DNA of 64,000 nucleotides, from the sequence record NC_027356.1, one strand, 5' to 3'. Positions within the stretch are counted from its first letter, which is position 1, and every line of letters begins with the position of its first letter. Position numbers and translations under genes: made by a program. Under the pieces are notes generated by a model. The model was not told where the DNA came from and searched no databases. It worked only from the letters and a program-made list of their open reading frames with translations. The DNA is from Escherichia phage DT57C. Shown here piece by piece: positions 53,801 to 63,922 of this stretch.

Positions 53801-54764
53801 TGTAAAAGGCTTTATTAAGCGTTGTCAAGAAGCATATTATCAAGGCATGTCTTTAATCTCTGATGAAGAATATGATCGCCTAGTAAAACGCTTCCCGTTA
53901 GAGGAAGAGATCGGGCCTAAGGGTGATATTCCACATCTGTACCGTATGTATTCTTTACAGAAAGTTTATTATAATCGTGGAGATAAACCCCCATTTAACC
54001 CATTAGGTCAAGTAGAAACTGATAAGTTAGATGGTTGTGCAATTTCCTTATTATATATTAATGGCGAATTTGTTCAAGCATTAACTCGTGGTAACGGTAT
54101 TCTAGGTAATGATGTCACAAGCAACGTAAGATTGCTGAACATCCCTAAAAAGATTTCTCAAAAAGTACCTACTCAAATCACTGGTGAAGTTCTAATTACA
54201 AAAGAAGTAGAAAATAAACGTAACTTTGCCTCTGGTGCTATTAACCTCAAAGATAGTGATGATTTCGTACAGCGTATCGGGGAAGGTGGTTTAATCTTCG
54301 TTGCATACGGTATCCAGTGTTCTGCTGAATCTGTAGGTATTACAGAAGCGTATTTAAAAGATATGCTTTGGCTAGAGAATGAGAACTTCTTAACAGTTGT
54401 TAATGTACGTTCCTTCTTTAAATGGATTCCAACGGACGGTAAAGTTGTTCGTATTAATGATAACAACAAATTCTTCCGTGAAGGCTGGACTAATAAATTT
54501 CCTCGCGGTGCATTTGCTATTAAAGAGGATGAAGAAGGTGAGACTACAACTCTTACTAAAGTTGAATGGAATGTAGGGGCTTCTGGTAAAGTAACTCCAG
54601 TCGGTTATTTTGAACCAGTAATTATTGATGATGCTACAATTGTTAAAGCGACTCTTAATAACGTTGATTATATTAACTCTCTCGATCTAGAGATCGGTTG
54701 CCAGATTCGAGTGATTCGTGCTGGTGGTGTAATCCCGTGCATAGTAGAGCGAGTTTACGATTAA
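53790..54764 (+). CDS. lig: NAD-dependent DNA ligase, N-terminal (adenylation/OB) part
   Basis: 324-aa ORF; adenylation motif KLDG (ETDKLDGCAISL). Confidence 0.7.
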   Translation: MMNNVKGFIKRCQEAYYQGMSLISDEEYDRLVKRFPLEEEIGPKGDIPHLYRMYSLQKVYYNRGDKPPFNPLGQVETDKLDGCAISLLYINGEFVQALTRGNGILGNDVTSNVRLLNIPKKISQKVPTQITGEVLITKEVENKRNFASGAINLKDSDDFVQRIGEGGLIFVAYGIQCSAESVGITEAYLKDMLWLENENFLTVVNVRSFFKWIPTDGKVVRINDNNKFFREGWTNKFPRGAFAIKEDEEGETTTLTKVEWNVGASGKVTPVGYFEPVIIDDATIVKATLNNVDYINSLDLEIGCQIRVIRAGGVIPCIVERVYD

Positions 54765-54907
54765 TACATAACCCTTTGCTACCCCTCTACCATATCGGAA
54801 TTATAAAGTGGTTATTGACATTTTCGCCGCTTAGGTATATACTATTATCATTCAGTTGAGGGATAGAAAGTTATGGCGAGGGTAAGCAAAGTTAGTTAAA
54901 ATTGTAG

Positions 54908-54936
54908 TTGCTAAATGCTTAAATACTTGCTATAAT
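54908..54936 (+). promoter_or_regulatory. Sigma70-type promoter (TTGCTA-17-TATAAT) between the two ligase ORFs
   Basis: Read directly. Confidence 0.55.
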
Positions 54937-54966
54937 ATTTATATAAATTGATAAGGAAGAAATTTG

Positions 54967-55746
54967 ATGAAAATCGAAATTCCAACACAATGTCCCTCTT
55001 GTGGTTCTAAGCTAGATCTTGTCAACGGACAATTATTCTGTCGTAATAAGTCCAACTGTCCAGCGCAATCAAGTAAGTTAATTGAGAACTTCTGTTCAAA
55101 AATGAAGTTAAAGGGCTTTGGCCCGAAAACTATTGAGAAGCTGGAGCTGACGAAGATTTCAGAACTATTTTACCTAACCGAAGAAGATTTGGTTAGAGCC
55201 GTGGGTAGCAAGGTTGCCGCTAAGTTAATTAGCGAATTAAATACTAAAGTTCGCGGAGACATTGACTTTGGTTCAGTTCTCGGTTCTTTAGGAATCCCTC
55301 TAATTGGAGAGGTTGCAGCAAAGAAATTATCCCAAAATTGCACTAGCTTCCACGATGTGAAGGCTGACGGCAAGGCTGGAGAAAACTATAAAGCCTGGCT
55401 AAATTCCCCACAAGGCAAGGATGTTATCGAATTACCGTGGAAATTCTCAAATGGTATTAAAGGTGCTAAAGCTGACATCATCATTACAGATGAATTAGTT
55501 GCCCCGCCAAATGGAATCACGGTGTGTATTACCGGATCTTTGCAAGATTTTGCAAATCGAACGGATGCAACAAACTATCTAGAAGGTCTAGGGTATACTG
55601 TTAAAAAATCAGTTACCAAAGACGTTAAATACCTCATCTGTGAGGATGAATCTAAGCGTTCTTCCTCATCTTATAAGAAAGCCGAAACGAATGGGATAGA
55701 AATCCTGTCGATTAAAGAACTATTGGAGAAAAATAATAATGTCTAA
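54967..55746 (+). CDS. lig: NAD-dependent DNA ligase, C-terminal (Zn-finger/HhH/BRCT) part
   Basis: Cys4 Zn finger CPSCGSKL...CRNKSNC; ATG 54967 with AGGAAG RBS. Confidence 0.65.
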   Translation: MKIEIPTQCPSCGSKLDLVNGQLFCRNKSNCPAQSSKLIENFCSKMKLKGFGPKTIEKLELTKISELFYLTEEDLVRAVGSKVAAKLISELNTKVRGDIDFGSVLGSLGIPLIGEVAAKKLSQNCTSFHDVKADGKAGENYKAWLNSPQGKDVIELPWKFSNGIKGAKADIIITDELVAPPNGITVCITGSLQDFANRTDATNYLEGLGYTVKKSVTKDVKYLICEDESKRSSSSYKKAETNGIEILSIKELLEKNNNV

Positions 55747-56506
55747 ACTGAACTGGAACGTAGAAGGTGTAACCGAGTCTCTGAAAGCAAAAGCCACTGC
55801 TCTGGGTGTTGCTGTAATCTCTCAAGAACAAGTAGCTGCTATCGCTGCTGAACTGGCTGCTGAAACTGGCAAAGACGTTACCGCTCGCTCTGTTGGCTCT
55901 AAGCTGCGTAAAGAAGGTTTCGAAGTACAGAAAGCTAACGAAGTACAGAAATCCCCGTGGACTCCTGAGCAGGAAGCTGAACTGGTTGATTTCCTGAACT
56001 CTCATGCTGGTCAGTATACTTATGCTGAAATCGCTGCTGCTGTAGCTGGTGGTCAGTTCGGTGCTAAACAGGTACAGGGTAAGATCCTGAGTCTGGAAAT
56101 GACCGCCTCTGTTAAACCAACTGAAAAAGCTGCTGCTGTTCGTTCCTTCACTCCGGATGAAGAAACTGATTTTGTTAATCAGGTTGTTGCTGGTGCTACT
56201 ATTGAAGCTATCGCTGCCCACTTCGGTCGCAATATTAAGCAGATCCGTGGTAAAGCTCTGAGTCTGCTTCGTGAAGGTCGTATCGCCGCTATGCCGGTAC
56301 AGGAAACTTCAAGTGCTAAAACTCGTGAAGATCTGCTAGAAGGTCTGGATCTGGCTAACATGACTGTTGCTGAGATCGCTGAGAAAACTGGTAAGTCTGA
56401 GCGCGGTGTTAAATCTATGCTGTCTCGTCGTGGTCTGGTTGCTAAGGACTATGATGGTGCCGCTAAGCGTGCTAAACTGGATGCAAAAGCTGCGGCTGCT
56501 GAATAA
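55739..56506 (+). CDS. Abundant early protein with host-optimal codons (possibly D5-like DNA-binding protein)
   Basis: 255-aa ORF; Ala-rich; codon usage ctg/gct/ggt/cgt; strong terminator downstream. Confidence 0.4.
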   Translation: MSKLNWNVEGVTESLKAKATALGVAVISQEQVAAIAAELAAETGKDVTARSVGSKLRKEGFEVQKANEVQKSPWTPEQEAELVDFLNSHAGQYTYAEIAAAVAGGQFGAKQVQGKILSLEMTASVKPTEKAAAVRSFTPDEETDFVNQVVAGATIEAIAAHFGRNIKQIRGKALSLLREGRIAAMPVQETSSAKTREDLLEGLDLANMTVAEIAEKTGKSERGVKSMLSRRGLVAKDYDGAAKRAKLDAKAAAAE

Positions 56507-56523
56507 TCTGGTAAATTAAACCT

Positions 56524-56557
56524 AAGGGGAGGGGGCTATGCTCCTTCCCCTTTTTGC
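56524..56557 (+). terminator. Strong rho-independent terminator (aaggggagg...cctccttcccc ttttt)
   Basis: GC-rich stem plus T5. Confidence 0.6.
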
Positions 56558-56588
56558 ATTTAGAAGGCACGAAAGCGTGCAAAGGAGA

Positions 56589-58061
56589 ATGACCTTGTTT
56601 AACGTGCAAGCTGTAGTGTTGAAGATGCTTCTAGCTTCCGAACAGAAGCAAATAGCATTGGAAACATTCTCAAAACTGCATAAAGATCATTTTAATGACG
56701 CTTTCTCCTCAATTTACCAAGCCGTCCAGAATTATTATAAAAAGTATAACACAATGCCGTCCATTGACGCACTGATGCTTGAGGCTAATAGGAACGCCCG
56801 CCTTTCTCAAGCTCTAGTCGTTTTAGCTAACACTCAAATTCCAGAAGTTAGCATGGAACAGGCACTTGAAGTCCTAGAGGCCGAGTATACACAGGATTTA
56901 TTCCTGAAGCTTCTAGAAACAGACGTGCTTCAAGATTTAACAATGCTGGATCAGGGAGAAATTCTTAACCGAGTTGCCTCCCTTCACTTAAAATTAGAAG
57001 AGAAAGTAACGAATACTGGAAAAGTATTCAACGCAGATAACATGCGTATTTTCCAGAGAGAAGAAGATACCAAACTGAACTTAATCGCTCTTGGTATTTG
57101 TAATGAGTTCGACGCTCAAATTGGTTTAGCTCGCACAGAAACGTTACTGCTTGGTGGTTGGCGTGGTACTGGTAAATCCATTATCTGTTCAAACATACAG
57201 GTTCAGCAATATTTGAATGGAGATATTGCTCCATACTTCTCAATTGAGATGAAAGAACATGAAGTATTTAGACGTAATCTAGCTATGTTAGCTGGTGTAT
57301 CAGCACTAGCAATGCGTAATAATACTCTAGAAGGTGCAGCTCTGTTGAGATTAGCCAGAACTAGAGCTAGGATGTTTAACGGTGGTGAAGAGCTTTTCGA
57401 TAACTTCGTTAAACAGTATACAATGGCTAAGATGTGTGATTTCTACGATATGGAAAGTAAGCTAATAGAAGGGTATGAGCTACATACTCCTATGATTATT
57501 GTTTATGATCCTGAGCTGTCTATTACAACAGTTGACGTAGAATTAAATAAATTAGTTGCTAGATATGGGGATAAAGTTACAGTAGCTTTACTAGACTATA
57601 TTAACCAAACCCGACTTCCAGACTCTAAAACCATTGATATGTATGACTGGAAAGAACAGATGGTTGTTAGCTCGTCTTTCAAATCTATCTGCCAGAAACA
57701 TAACGTGGCTGGTGTAGCTCCTTACCAGATCGATCAAGATGGTAGAACACGTATGTCGAAGGGGATTCTTGATTCCGCAGACATGGCTGCTAATCTTAAT
57801 GCTGCAAAAGCTGATAATGGTCAAGGTGCTATTATGTTTGACTTCGTTAAGACTCGGTCTTCTGATAGCGTGAAGTTTATGCCTAAAATGAACTGGGAAA
57901 CCCTGCGGATGGATAACACTACCAACCTAGCAATGGAAGATATATCTCAAATGGAAGCTGAGTTCGTTATCCCTATTGAGAAGGATAAGCCGGCTCAATC
58001 TAAACGTGCTAAGAAAGACAAAGCTGAAAATTCAACAGGTGAACAGGCCAGCGATATATGA
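56589..58061 (+). CDS. Replicative helicase-like ATPase (DnaB/RecA-fold)
   Basis: Track ORF 56538-58061 begins inside the terminator; start moved to ATG 56589 (AAGGAG RBS); Walker A GGWRGTGKS. Confidence 0.5.
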   Translation: MTLFNVQAVVLKMLLASEQKQIALETFSKLHKDHFNDAFSSIYQAVQNYYKKYNTMPSIDALMLEANRNARLSQALVVLANTQIPEVSMEQALEVLEAEYTQDLFLKLLETDVLQDLTMLDQGEILNRVASLHLKLEEKVTNTGKVFNADNMRIFQREEDTKLNLIALGICNEFDAQIGLARTETLLLGGWRGTGKSIICSNIQVQQYLNGDIAPYFSIEMKEHEVFRRNLAMLAGVSALAMRNNTLEGAALLRLARTRARMFNGGEELFDNFVKQYTMAKMCDFYDMESKLIEGYELHTPMIIVYDPELSITTVDVELNKLVARYGDKVTVALLDYINQTRLPDSKTIDMYDWKEQMVVSSSFKSICQKHNVAGVAPYQIDQDGRTRMSKGILDSADMAANLNAAKADNGQGAIMFDFVKTRSSDSVKFMPKMNWETLRMDNTTNLAMEDISQMEAEFVIPIEKDKPAQSKRAKKDKAENSTGEQASDI

Positions 58062-58948
58062 GTAGAATAACAGAACTACTTGATCTGAAAGGCATTGAGT
58101 ATAAAGACACAGGTGGGGACATCCTCATCTGTTGTCTCAACCCAGATCATGACGATAAACACCCAAGTTTGCGTATTGACCCTGAAACAGGTATTATGCA
58201 CTGCTTGAGTTGTGGCTTCGGTAAAGGTATACCGAGCATTTACCATTATTTTAATGAGACTCAGTACCGACAGTCCCCAAGACTATCCCAAGTACGTAAA
58301 AAGATTTCAGAGATTAGAAATGGATCTACAAATCTTGCAATCCCAGAATCTGCTTTTCTTTTTGAAGGTGATTTCCGGGGTATCAGTTCTAAGACCTTAA
58401 AGAAATATTTTGCTTTCCAACACCAAGAGGACTGGGAGGGCAGAATTGTATTCCCAATCACAGATGCTGTTGGACGCAATATCCTATTTTTGGGTCGTTC
58501 TATAAACAGTTCTGCCCCTCCTAAATACTTAGTAAAACCAAAACAAGTTTCACCACCAATTTTCCCTGTACGATATAATACTCCAGTTCTTATTCTAGTT
58601 GAAGGCATCTTTGATATGCTGAAGCTAGAGGATAATGGTATAGACTATGCTTCCTGCTGCTTTGGTACACATCAGTTTACTTCTGATAACATTGCAGATA
58701 AGTTCAGTCCTTATATTATTGCCGGCGTAAAAGTTGTTGTTATCTTACTAGATAATGATGCTTCTGGTAATAAAGCTGCACAAGCACTGGCCAAGCTAAT
58801 TCGTACAAAAACACGTTTAACACCTGTAGTTGCTAACTTTCTTCTGCCTGAAGGTAAAGACCCTGGTGACTTAAATAAAGAAGAAGTCGATACGTTAGCA
58901 AAACGTATTGAAATTTTAGTTGCTGAATCACTTAAAGATTTGGTATAA
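58058..58948 (+). CDS. DNA primase (Zn-ribbon + TOPRIM)
   Basis: 296-aa ORF; CCLNPDHDDKHPSL...CLSCGF Zn-ribbon; TOPRIM-like VEGIFD and LDNDASG. Confidence 0.65.
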   Translation: MSRITELLDLKGIEYKDTGGDILICCLNPDHDDKHPSLRIDPETGIMHCLSCGFGKGIPSIYHYFNETQYRQSPRLSQVRKKISEIRNGSTNLAIPESAFLFEGDFRGISSKTLKKYFAFQHQEDWEGRIVFPITDAVGRNILFLGRSINSSAPPKYLVKPKQVSPPIFPVRYNTPVLILVEGIFDMLKLEDNGIDYASCCFGTHQFTSDNIADKFSPYIIAGVKVVVILLDNDASGNKAAQALAKLIRTKTRLTPVVANFLLPEGKDPGDLNKEEVDTLAKRIEILVAESLKDLV

Positions 58949-59010
58949 TATATTGGTAAGTTAGAGAAGAAACACTGAAGTTATACTTACTTACCAAGAG
59001 GAGATTAAAT

Positions 59011-61578
59011 TTGAAAATCGCAGTAGTTGATAAAGCTCTAAACAACACTCGTTACGATAAACATTTCCAGCTATACGGCGAGGAAGTTGATGTATTCCAT
59101 ATGTGTAACGAGAAGTTGTCCGGTCGTTTGCTCAAAAAGCATATTACTATCGGGACCCCGGAAAACCCATTTGACCCGAATGATTATGATTTTGTTATAC
59201 TGGTAGGTGCCGAACCTTTCCTGTACTTTGCGGGTAAGAAAGGTATTGGTGATTATACTGGTAAACGTGTAGAGTATAATGGATATGCTAACTGGATTGC
59301 TAGTATCAGCCCAGCCCAGCTACACTTTAAACCTGAAATGAAACCAGTTTTTGATGCAACAGTAGAGAATATCCACGATATTATCAATGGTCGTGAGAAG
59401 ATTGCAAAAGCTGGTGATTACCGTCCTATTACTGACCCTGACAAGGCAGAAGAATATATCAAGATGGTGTATAATATGGTTATCGGACCTGTCGCATTCG
59501 ACTCCGAAACCTCAGCACTATACTGTCGAGATGGTTATCTGCTTGGTGTTTCTATGTCTCACCAAGAGTATCAGGGTGTATATATCGATTCTGATTGTCT
59601 CACAGAAGTTGCAGTATATTATCTCCAGAAAATTCTGGATAGTGAAAACCATACTATTGTTTTTCACAACTTGAAGTTTGATATGCACTTTTATAAGTAC
59701 CATCTGGGACTTACTTTTGATAAAGCACATAAAGAACACAGGCTCCATGATACCATGTTGCAGCATTATGTTCTAGATGAACGTCGTGGTACTCATGGCT
59801 TGAAATCTCTAGCAATGAAGTATACCGATATGGGTGACTATGACTTCGAACTAGATAAGTTCAAAGATGATTACTGCAAAGCACATAAAATCAAGAAAGA
59901 AGATTTCACCTATGATTTGATTCCATTTGATATTATGTGGCCTTACGCTGCAAAGGATACAGATGCTACCCTACGTTTACACAACTTCTTTTTACCAAAA
60001 ATTGAGAAGAATGAAAAACTTTGCAGTCTGTATTACGATGTTCTAATGCCTGGTTGTGTATTCCTACAGCGTGTCGAAGATCGTGGCGCACCTATCTCTA
60101 TTGATCGTTTGAAAGAAGCTCAGTATCAATTGACTCATAATTTGAATAAAGCCCGTGAGAAACTGTACACTTATCCAGAAGTTAAACAGCTAGAACAAGA
60201 TCAGAATGAAGCATTTAACCCGAACTCTGTTAAACAACTTCGTGTTCTTCTATTCGATTATGTTGGTTTGACTCCAACTGGTAAGTTAACGGATACTGGT
60301 GCAGATTCTACAAACGCAGAAGCTCTGAATGAACTGGCAACCCAGCATCCGATTGCTAAAACTCTTCTAGAGATTCGTAAGCTGACTAAGCTGATCTCTA
60401 CTTATGTTGAGAAGATTCTACTGAGTATTGATGCAGATGGTTGCATTCGTACTGGTTTCCATGAACATATGACTACTTCTGGTCGTCTGAGTTCTTCTGG
60501 TAAACTGAACCTGCAACAGTTACCACGTGATGAATCTATCATTAAGGGTTGTGTAGTTGCACCACCTGGATACCGTGTAATCGCATGGGACTTAACAACT
60601 GCGGAAGTTTATTATGCTGCTGTTCTATCTGGTGATAGAAATATGCAACAAGTATTTATTAATATGAGAAATGAACCTGATAAATACCCTGACTTCCACT
60701 CTAACATCGCTCACATGGTATTTAAATTGCAATGTGAACCTCGTGATGTTAAAAAGTTATTCCCAGCTCTGCGTCAAGCAGCTAAGGCAATTACCTTTGG
60801 TATTTTGTACGGTTCTGGCCCGGCTAAAGTAGCACATTCTGTTAACGAAGCATTGCTAGAACAAGCAGCCAAAACTGGGGAACCATTTGTTGAATGTACT
60901 GTTGCAGATGCTAAAGAGTACATTGAGACTTACTTTGGTCAATTCCCACAGCTTAAGCGTTGGATTGATAAGTGCCACGATCAGATCAAGAATCATGGAT
61001 TTATCTATAGTCACTTTGGTCGTAAACGTCGTCTGCATAATATCCACTCCGAAGACCGTGGTGTTCAGGGTGAAGAAATCCGTTCTGGATTTAACGCAAT
61101 CATTCAGTCTGCTTCTTCTGATAGTCTCCTTTTAGGTGCTGTAGATGCAGATAATGAGATCATTTCTCTTGGCCTAGAACAAGAGATGAAGATTGTTATG
61201 CTGGTTCATGACTCCGTAGTTGCTATTGTTCGTGAAGACTTGATTGATCAATACAATGAAATCCTGATTCGTAATATTCAGAAAGACCGTGGTATCAGTA
61301 TTCCTGGCTGTCCGATTGGTATTGATTCAGATTCTGAAGCTGGAGGTTCTCGTGACTATTCTTGTGGTAAGATGAAGAAACAGCACCCATCAATCGCTTG
61401 TATTGATGATGACGAATATACTCGTTACGTTAAAGAAATGCTTCTTGATTCTGAATTCGAGTATAAGAAATTAGCTGCAATGGATAAAGAGCATCCAGAC
61501 CACAGCAAGTACAAGGATGATAAGTTTATTGCTGTATGTAAAGATCTGGATAACGTGAAAAGGGTTCTCGGTGCTTAA
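59011..61578 (+). CDS. DNA polymerase, family A, with 3'-5' exonuclease domain (T5-type, TTG start)
   Basis: 855-aa ORF; Pol A motifs (RLSSSGKLNLQQLPR, KAITFGILYG, VHDSVV); size matches T5 DNA polymerase as recalled. Confidence 0.85.
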   Translation: MKIAVVDKALNNTRYDKHFQLYGEEVDVFHMCNEKLSGRLLKKHITIGTPENPFDPNDYDFVILVGAEPFLYFAGKKGIGDYTGKRVEYNGYANWIASISPAQLHFKPEMKPVFDATVENIHDIINGREKIAKAGDYRPITDPDKAEEYIKMVYNMVIGPVAFDSETSALYCRDGYLLGVSMSHQEYQGVYIDSDCLTEVAVYYLQKILDSENHTIVFHNLKFDMHFYKYHLGLTFDKAHKEHRLHDTMLQHYVLDERRGTHGLKSLAMKYTDMGDYDFELDKFKDDYCKAHKIKKEDFTYDLIPFDIMWPYAAKDTDATLRLHNFFLPKIEKNEKLCSLYYDVLMPGCVFLQRVEDRGAPISIDRLKEAQYQLTHNLNKAREKLYTYPEVKQLEQDQNEAFNPNSVKQLRVLLFDYVGLTPTGKLTDTGADSTNAEALNELATQHPIAKTLLEIRKLTKLISTYVEKILLSIDADGCIRTGFHEHMTTSGRLSSSGKLNLQQLPRDESIIKGCVVAPPGYRVIAWDLTTAEVYYAAVLSGDRNMQQVFINMRNEPDKYPDFHSNIAHMVFKLQCEPRDVKKLFPALRQAAKAITFGILYGSGPAKVAHSVNEALLEQAAKTGEPFVECTVADAKEYIETYFGQFPQLKRWIDKCHDQIKNHGFIYSHFGRKRRLHNIHSEDRGVQGEEIRSGFNAIIQSASSDSLLLGAVDADNEIISLGLEQEMKIVMLVHDSVVAIVREDLIDQYNEILIRNIQKDRGISIPGCPIGIDSDSEAGGSRDYSCGKMKKQHPSIACIDDDEYTRYVKEMLLDSEFEYKKLAAMDKEHPDHSKYKDDKFIAVCKDLDNVKRVLGA

Positions 61579-62068
61579 TTTCAAATTGCCCGTCTATGCG
61601 TTACGGGCGTTTGTATCAATTGAGCAAGAAGGTGATTATTCCGTAATTACAACAAGATATAATAAATATGTGCTAGATAACAGGAAGTTGCCTGGCACGT
61701 TTTCTCAACGTAGGCTTATTCTATTTGAGAAACGGAAAGAATTACCATATAAGCTCTATCCTATTAGAGGTAGAATATCAATGTTGTCTCAATTAGTTGG
61801 GTCAAAGCGTAACCAATTTGTAGATTCTGATGGAAATCTTATTAATTGGAAGAAAACTACGTTCTATGATGTTGTCACCTCTAAAGTTTTGCATTCAGCT
61901 AGAATTTACAATGGAAAATACCAATGCTATGTGGCTAAAGTCCCTTATCCATTTGTATTATCCTATGTTCCAGCTTATATAAGCTATATTCTGGTAAATA
62001 ATAGCCCTGTTATTTATCAAGTCCATCAAGAGGAGCCTGAAATTCCTAGACTTAGAATAAAATTATGA
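61571..62068 (+). CDS. Hypothetical protein
   Basis: 165-aa ORF overlapping pol stop. Confidence 0.45.
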   Translation: MLNFKLPVYALRAFVSIEQEGDYSVITTRYNKYVLDNRKLPGTFSQRRLILFEKRKELPYKLYPIRGRISMLSQLVGSKRNQFVDSDGNLINWKKTTFYDVVTSKVLHSARIYNGKYQCYVAKVPYPFVLSYVPAYISYILVNNSPVIYQVHQEEPEIPRLRIKL

Positions 62069-63417
62069 AGGTTGTTATATCTAATAAAGCCTATTTCAAG
62101 CCCGATGATGAACTTTGGGATTATTGTAGTAAGCAAACCACTTACCACATAGAGACAATGACTAGTAAATACCCTATTATGTATAAGAATAGTGGTGTTG
62201 TTGCCAAAGAGATTAAGTGGATTCCTATTACACGTCTGGATTTACTAGATGCTAAAGGAATAAAATACGAATTAGTTGATAAACGCACGTTAGCTCCGGT
62301 AGATATACCAAAACCGTCGTTTAAACTGCGTGAAGAAGATCAGCTTCCAATATATGAAGAATGCGATGATACCTGCATTATTAATGGTAAGCCTGGGTTT
62401 GGTAAAACTATCCTAGCCCTTGCACTTGCGTATAAATTTGGCCAGAAAACTTTGGTAATCTGTACGAATACATCCATTCGTGAAATGTGGGCAGCAGAAG
62501 TTCGTAAATGGTTTGGGTTTGAACCGGGCATCATAGGTTCTGGGAAATACAATATCGATCCACCAATTGTAGTCAGTAATATTCAAACAGTGAATAAACA
62601 TGCGAATAATCTTTCTAAAGTATTCGGTACTGTTATAGTTGATGAAGTTCACCATTGTGTGGCTACAACTTTCACTAACTTCCTAGAAATATCATGTGCT
62701 CGCTATAAAATTGGACTATCTGGTACGTTAAAACGTAAGGATGGCTTGCAAGTTATGTTCAAAGATTTCTTTGGATATAAAATATTTAGCCCGCCGGTTA
62801 ATAATACTGTTGCACCTACAATCCATAGGTACTCCGTACCAGTTGAATTGTCTGGAAACCAAAACGTACCGTGGGCATTACGTGCTAACGATGTGTATAA
62901 CCACCCTGAATATCGAGGAGCTATTATAAACCTAGCACATTTATATGTGAATATGGGACATAAAGTACTCATTGTAAGTGATAGAACAGAGTTAATCCAA
63001 ACAGTACTAGAAGCTCTTACGCAGCGGGGTGTCACAACATATGAAATTATAGGGGCAACCCACTTAGATGACCGATTAAAAATTCAGGAAGATATAGCAA
63101 AAGGTGGGCCTTGTGTACTTGCAGCAGCTCAAAGTATCTTCTCTGAGGGTATTTCCCTTAATGAGCTATCTTGTTTAATAATGGGAAGCCTCATTAATAA
63201 TGAATCTCTCATTGAACAGCTTGCAGGCCGTGTTCAACGTATTGTCGAGGGTAAACTCGACCCTATTGTTGTAGATCTAATTATGAAGGGTGGCACTGGG
63301 CTAAGACAGGCTTCTGGACGTATGGCAGTATATCGTAACAACGGGTGGAAAACTATTACTATGACTCCAGAGAAAGCAGTTCAATTAGCTAAAATTGCAT
63401 TTGGCAACAGCTCATAA
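62065..63417 (+). CDS. SF2 DNA helicase (DEAH-type)
   Basis: 450-aa ORF; Walker A GKPGFGKT, Walker B VDEVHH. Confidence 0.65.
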   Translation: MKVVISNKAYFKPDDELWDYCSKQTTYHIETMTSKYPIMYKNSGVVAKEIKWIPITRLDLLDAKGIKYELVDKRTLAPVDIPKPSFKLREEDQLPIYEECDDTCIINGKPGFGKTILALALAYKFGQKTLVICTNTSIREMWAAEVRKWFGFEPGIIGSGKYNIDPPIVVSNIQTVNKHANNLSKVFGTVIVDEVHHCVATTFTNFLEISCARYKIGLSGTLKRKDGLQVMFKDFFGYKIFSPPVNNTVAPTIHRYSVPVELSGNQNVPWALRANDVYNHPEYRGAIINLAHLYVNMGHKVLIVSDRTELIQTVLEALTQRGVTTYEIIGATHLDDRLKIQEDIAKGGPCVLAAAQSIFSEGISLNELSCLIMGSLINNESLIEQLAGRVQRIVEGKLDPIVVDLIMKGGTGLRQASGRMAVYRNNGWKTITMTPEKAVQLAKIAFGNSS

Positions 63418-63429
63418 ATGATGTATAAT
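63401..63429 (+). promoter_or_regulatory. Sigma70-type promoter (TTGGCA-17-TATAAT)
   Basis: Read directly; followed by small hairpin tttcgga...tccgaa. Confidence 0.45.
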
Positions 63430-63500
63430 ATATACATAAATTTGAGAGAGAAAGTTTCGGATTGATAAGAAAGTCCGAAGCAGAAAAATAAAAATTTTAG

Positions 63501-63530
63501 TTGCTAAATTCTCTCGAAATCTAGTATAAT
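63501..63530 (+). promoter_or_regulatory. Sigma70-type promoter (TTGCTA-18-TATAAT)
   Basis: Read directly. Confidence 0.5.
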
Positions 63531-63637
63531 ATATACATAAATTCGAGGAGAAAACAAAAATTAAATTCTTCGATTATGAAAGGCTATATTTACTAGCTAG
63601 AGGAAATTCCGACCTAATTATTAAGCTATTCAAAAGA

Positions 63638-63922
63638 ATGCTTACAGAGCCTGATGCTCACCAATTATTGGTCGGTTCCTCATTCATTTTGAATGAATCA
63701 ACAATAGTTGATAATCCAAATAAATTGTCTAATAGACAACTGGCAGAATATCTAGGAATTTTAAGTCTACGAAATTATGCCGAATACAAGTTTACAAACG
63801 ATCCTAGTTTGGACATACAATATGTTCCAGTATGGATACCACGTTTAGTAATCGACACTAACCCACTAATCGCAATTAACAAATCGAAATTAATCTTTAA
63901 AGAGGAAATAAAATATGGCTAA
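63638..63922 (+). CDS. Hypothetical protein (weak start context)
   Basis: 94-aa ORF; no clear RBS. Confidence 0.3.
   Translation: MLTEPDAHQLLVGSSFILNESTIVDNPNKLSNRQLAEYLGILSLRNYAEYKFTNDPSLDIQYVPVWIPRLVIDTNPLIAINKSKLIFKEEIKYG

Noticed and set aside
56538-56588. Upstream start of helicase-like ORF
   Set aside because: The first codons lie inside the strong terminator hairpin of the preceding gene; ATG at 56589 with AAGGAG RBS is more plausible
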